Shown piece after piece: positions 29,178-31,476 of a stretch of 31,476 nucleotides of DNA (position 1 is the first letter of the stretch; the number at the start of each line of letters is the position of its first letter). The position numbers were made by a program, and so were the translations under genes. Location: NCBI GenBank assembly GCA_046080125.1, contig JBJTTJ010000037.1, positions 1 through 31,476 on the forward strand. Direction: 5' to 3'. Source of the stretch: Cuspidothrix sp. Lineage in GTDB: Bacteria; Cyanobacteriota; Cyanobacteriia; Cyanobacteriales; Nostocaceae. The notes under the pieces were generated by a model, which saw only the letters and a program-made list of their open reading frames with translations, was not told the origin of the DNA and searched no databases.

Positions 29178-31253
29178 ATGAAAAGCATTCGGTTTTCCCT
29201 CGGTAAAAGTAAACACAATAAACTATTCCGCTTGGCTGCATCTGCAATTGCGGCCTTAACCTTAACAGGTGGTATTAATACAGCCAATACGACCCTAACA
29301 AAAACACTAGCAGCAAAAGAATTAACTTCTGTATCAATTCCCCCCAGTCCGTACCAACCAGTCCTTACTCAGTCTGTAAGTCGGCCAATTCCGTATCAAA
29401 CAATGGGGATTGAACCTTTAATTATTATTCCTACCATCCTTATTGGTGGTTGTTTCTTTTTTGGTGGGTTAGTAGTTATCGGTGAACGAGAAGTTGGCAT
29501 AGTTGTCAAAAAATTCACCCTATCTGGAAAAGGACTACCCGCAGGTAGATTAATTGCCCTTAATAGTGAAGCGGGTTTACAAGCTGATACCCTAGCTCCT
29601 GGTTGGCATTGGGGTTATTGGCCTTGGCAATATGCAGTTAAAAAAGAATCAGTTGTAGTTGTTCCCCAGGGTCAAATTGCTTTAATTGTTGCTGCGGATG
29701 GTGCTTCTAACCCACCAGAAAGGATTTTAGGCAAAATTGTTGAATGTGATAATTTCCAAGATGGGCGGAAATTCTTAACTCGTGGTGGGGAAAAAGGCCG
29801 ACAAATGAGTTTCCTGACTGCTGGTACTTACCGTATCAATACTGCATTGTTTAAAGTTATTACATCTACCAATGCTAGTAGTCACGGTATGCGGCCAGAA
29901 CAATTGTATATCTATGAAATAGAACCAGAAAAGGTGGGAATTGTCACCACTTTAGATGGTTTACCAATTGCCCCAGGTGAAATTGCTGGACGAGTCATTG
30001 TTGGTCATAATAATTTCCAGAATGGTCAAAAATTCATTGATGCTGGGGGACAGCGAGGTTTACAAGAACAGGTATTGTTATCGGGGTCTTGGAATCTTAA
30101 CCCTTGGTTTGTCAATATTGAACAAGTACCCATGACCCAAATTCCCATCGGTTATGTGGGTGTGGTCATTTCTTTTGTAGGGGAAGACCAGGAAGATGTG
30201 AGCGGAGCATCCTTCACTCATGGTAATTTGGTAAATCAAGGAAACAAAGGAGTTTGGGTAGAACCATTATATCCTGGTAAACACCCACTCAACACTAAGG
30301 TAATGAAAGTTGAGTTAGTGCCCACAACTAACATTGTCCTAAATTTTACTGATAGAATTAGTGGACAACACGGTTATGATGCAAATTTAAGGGCTTTAAA
30401 ACTTCTGTCATTTGACGGTTTCAGCTTTGATTTAGAGGTATTCCAAATTATTCACATTGGTGCTTCAGATGCACCAAAAGTAATTTCCCGGTTGGGTTCA
30501 ATGCAAAATGTTATTGACCAAGTTTTACGACCAATTGTGGGTAATTATTTCCGTAACTCTGCTCAAGAATACACGATTTTAGATTTTTTGATTGCCCGAA
30601 GTGAGCGGCAAGTGGAAGCATCTGAGTATGTTAAAACTGCATTGCGGGCTTATGATGTACAGGCTGTAGATTCTTTAATTGGTTTAATTACGCCTCCGGA
30701 TGAATTGATGCATACGTTGACAGAACGTAAAATTGCGGAAGAACAACGAAAAACCTATGAAGTGCAGCAAATGGCAGAAAATCAGCGTCAAATGTTGGTG
30801 AGAGAGACTGCTTTAGCTGATATTCAGGAGGAAATGGTAAAAGCAGAACAGAATGTACAGATAGCGGAATTAAAATCTCAAGCTGCCATTAAAGAAGCCA
30901 ATGGGGAAGCTGAAGCTACTAAGCTTAGAGATTTAGCTGAAGCTGAAGGTATTTTGGCCACAGGTAATGCAAGAGCGGAAACATATAGTACAGGTGCGAA
31001 AGCTTTGGGTTTACAAGGTTACACAGCGATGCAGTTAATGCAAATTGTGGGCGATCGCAACGTCCGCATTATTCCTGATATCATTGTTGGTGGTAATAAT
31101 GGCAGCAATAATGGTTTAGCAGATGGTTTGTTGTCTATGATTCTTTTGAATCAAACTAATAGCAAAACCCATCTAGAATCGAAAATCCCCACACCCCCAC
31201 CTCTTCCTAATCCTGTAATTGCTAAAGCTGAATCTCCTAATTATAACAGTTAA
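29178..31253 (+). CDS. Flotillin-like SPFH/band-7 family membrane protein (YqiK/FloA-like), ATG 29178 preferred over the upstream TTG 29145
   Basis: N-terminal hydrophobic segments, an SPFH-like region, and a long C-terminal coiled-coil rich in A/E/Q/K (flotillin-type EA repeats). 691 aa. Confidence 0.8.
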   Translation: MKSIRFSLGKSKHNKLFRLAASAIAALTLTGGINTANTTLTKTLAAKELTSVSIPPSPYQPVLTQSVSRPIPYQTMGIEPLIIIPTILIGGCFFFGGLVVIGEREVGIVVKKFTLSGKGLPAGRLIALNSEAGLQADTLAPGWHWGYWPWQYAVKKESVVVVPQGQIALIVAADGASNPPERILGKIVECDNFQDGRKFLTRGGEKGRQMSFLTAGTYRINTALFKVITSTNASSHGMRPEQLYIYEIEPEKVGIVTTLDGLPIAPGEIAGRVIVGHNNFQNGQKFIDAGGQRGLQEQVLLSGSWNLNPWFVNIEQVPMTQIPIGYVGVVISFVGEDQEDVSGASFTHGNLVNQGNKGVWVEPLYPGKHPLNTKVMKVELVPTTNIVLNFTDRISGQHGYDANLRALKLLSFDGFSFDLEVFQIIHIGASDAPKVISRLGSMQNVIDQVLRPIVGNYFRNSAQEYTILDFLIARSERQVEASEYVKTALRAYDVQAVDSLIGLITPPDELMHTLTERKIAEEQRKTYEVQQMAENQRQMLVRETALADIQEEMVKAEQNVQIAELKSQAAIKEANGEAEATKLRDLAEAEGILATGNARAETYSTGAKALGLQGYTAMQLMQIVGDRNVRIIPDIIVGGNNGSNNGLADGLLSMILLNQTNSKTHLESKIPTPPPLPNPVIAKAESPNYNS

Positions 31254-31319
31254 GATTCAGAATCCCCGACTTCTTTGGGAAGTTGGGGATATTGAGAGTA
31301 GTGATAAAATTAAGATTAA

Positions 31320-31476
31320 ATTCTGGGGCCAAATAAGTCAACCACCCATCACTTCCCTTCGGGTAAGTGAGGGCTTGTAAAAGCCTAGTTGACCAGACTC
31401 AGTTCTTAACCGAACTACGTTAGAGGTAAGAGTTAAAGACCTACCAGAGGATGCGTAGCTAGTTCCCTGCTCTAGA
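31320..31476 (+). ncRNA. Candidate structured RNA of unknown class, truncated by the window end
   Basis: Adjacent canonical tetraloop hairpins: CACUUCC-c(UUCG)g-GGUAAGUG (~31354-31374) and GGCUU(GUAA)AAGCC (~31377-31390). No ORF on either strand. Confidence 0.2.

Overview
This looks like a chromosomal window from a filamentous (Nostocales-type) cyanobacterium. The evidence is a low-GC sequence, at least 10 HIP1 octamers (GCGATCGC), heptamer STRR tandem repeats, a naturally split dnaE carrying an N-terminal split-intein half, and a separate atpB/atpE-style beta–epsilon ATP synthase operon. Most of the window is core genome: gcvT–gcvH, a Pil/Hmp-type chemotaxis-like cluster (cheW, MCP with GAF domain, CheA–REC hybrid), pnp, an ABC-2 transporter pair, mannose-1-P guanylyltransferase, an LCP-family envelope protein, two paralogous signal-peptide pentapeptide-repeat proteins, dnaE-n, a 454-aa orphan ORF, a DUF2805 plus FeS-BCP/(6-4)-photolyase-like pair, atpD–atpC and a flotillin-like SPFH protein. 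The one clearly accessory-looking segment is a compact, translationally coupled three-gene cassette at about 420–2220. It sits in an AT-rich stretch and is bracketed by two copies of a roughly 90-bp hairpin-containing direct repeat that share an identical 28-mer. It encodes a protein with two tandem Phd/YefM-antitoxin-like repeats, a fusion of a RelE/ParE/YoeB-like N-domain with a MarR-like winged helix, and a small Hjc/Mrr-like PD-(D/E)xK nuclease-fold protein. I read it as a candidate novel toxin–antitoxin or defence-type module, but that is inference from motifs only. The other signals worth a second look are the same hairpin repeat bracketing a 250-bp gene-free segment, a recurring intergenic TCGGGGATCT motif, STRR stem-loops, and a tetraloop-rich candidate structured RNA cut off by the window end.
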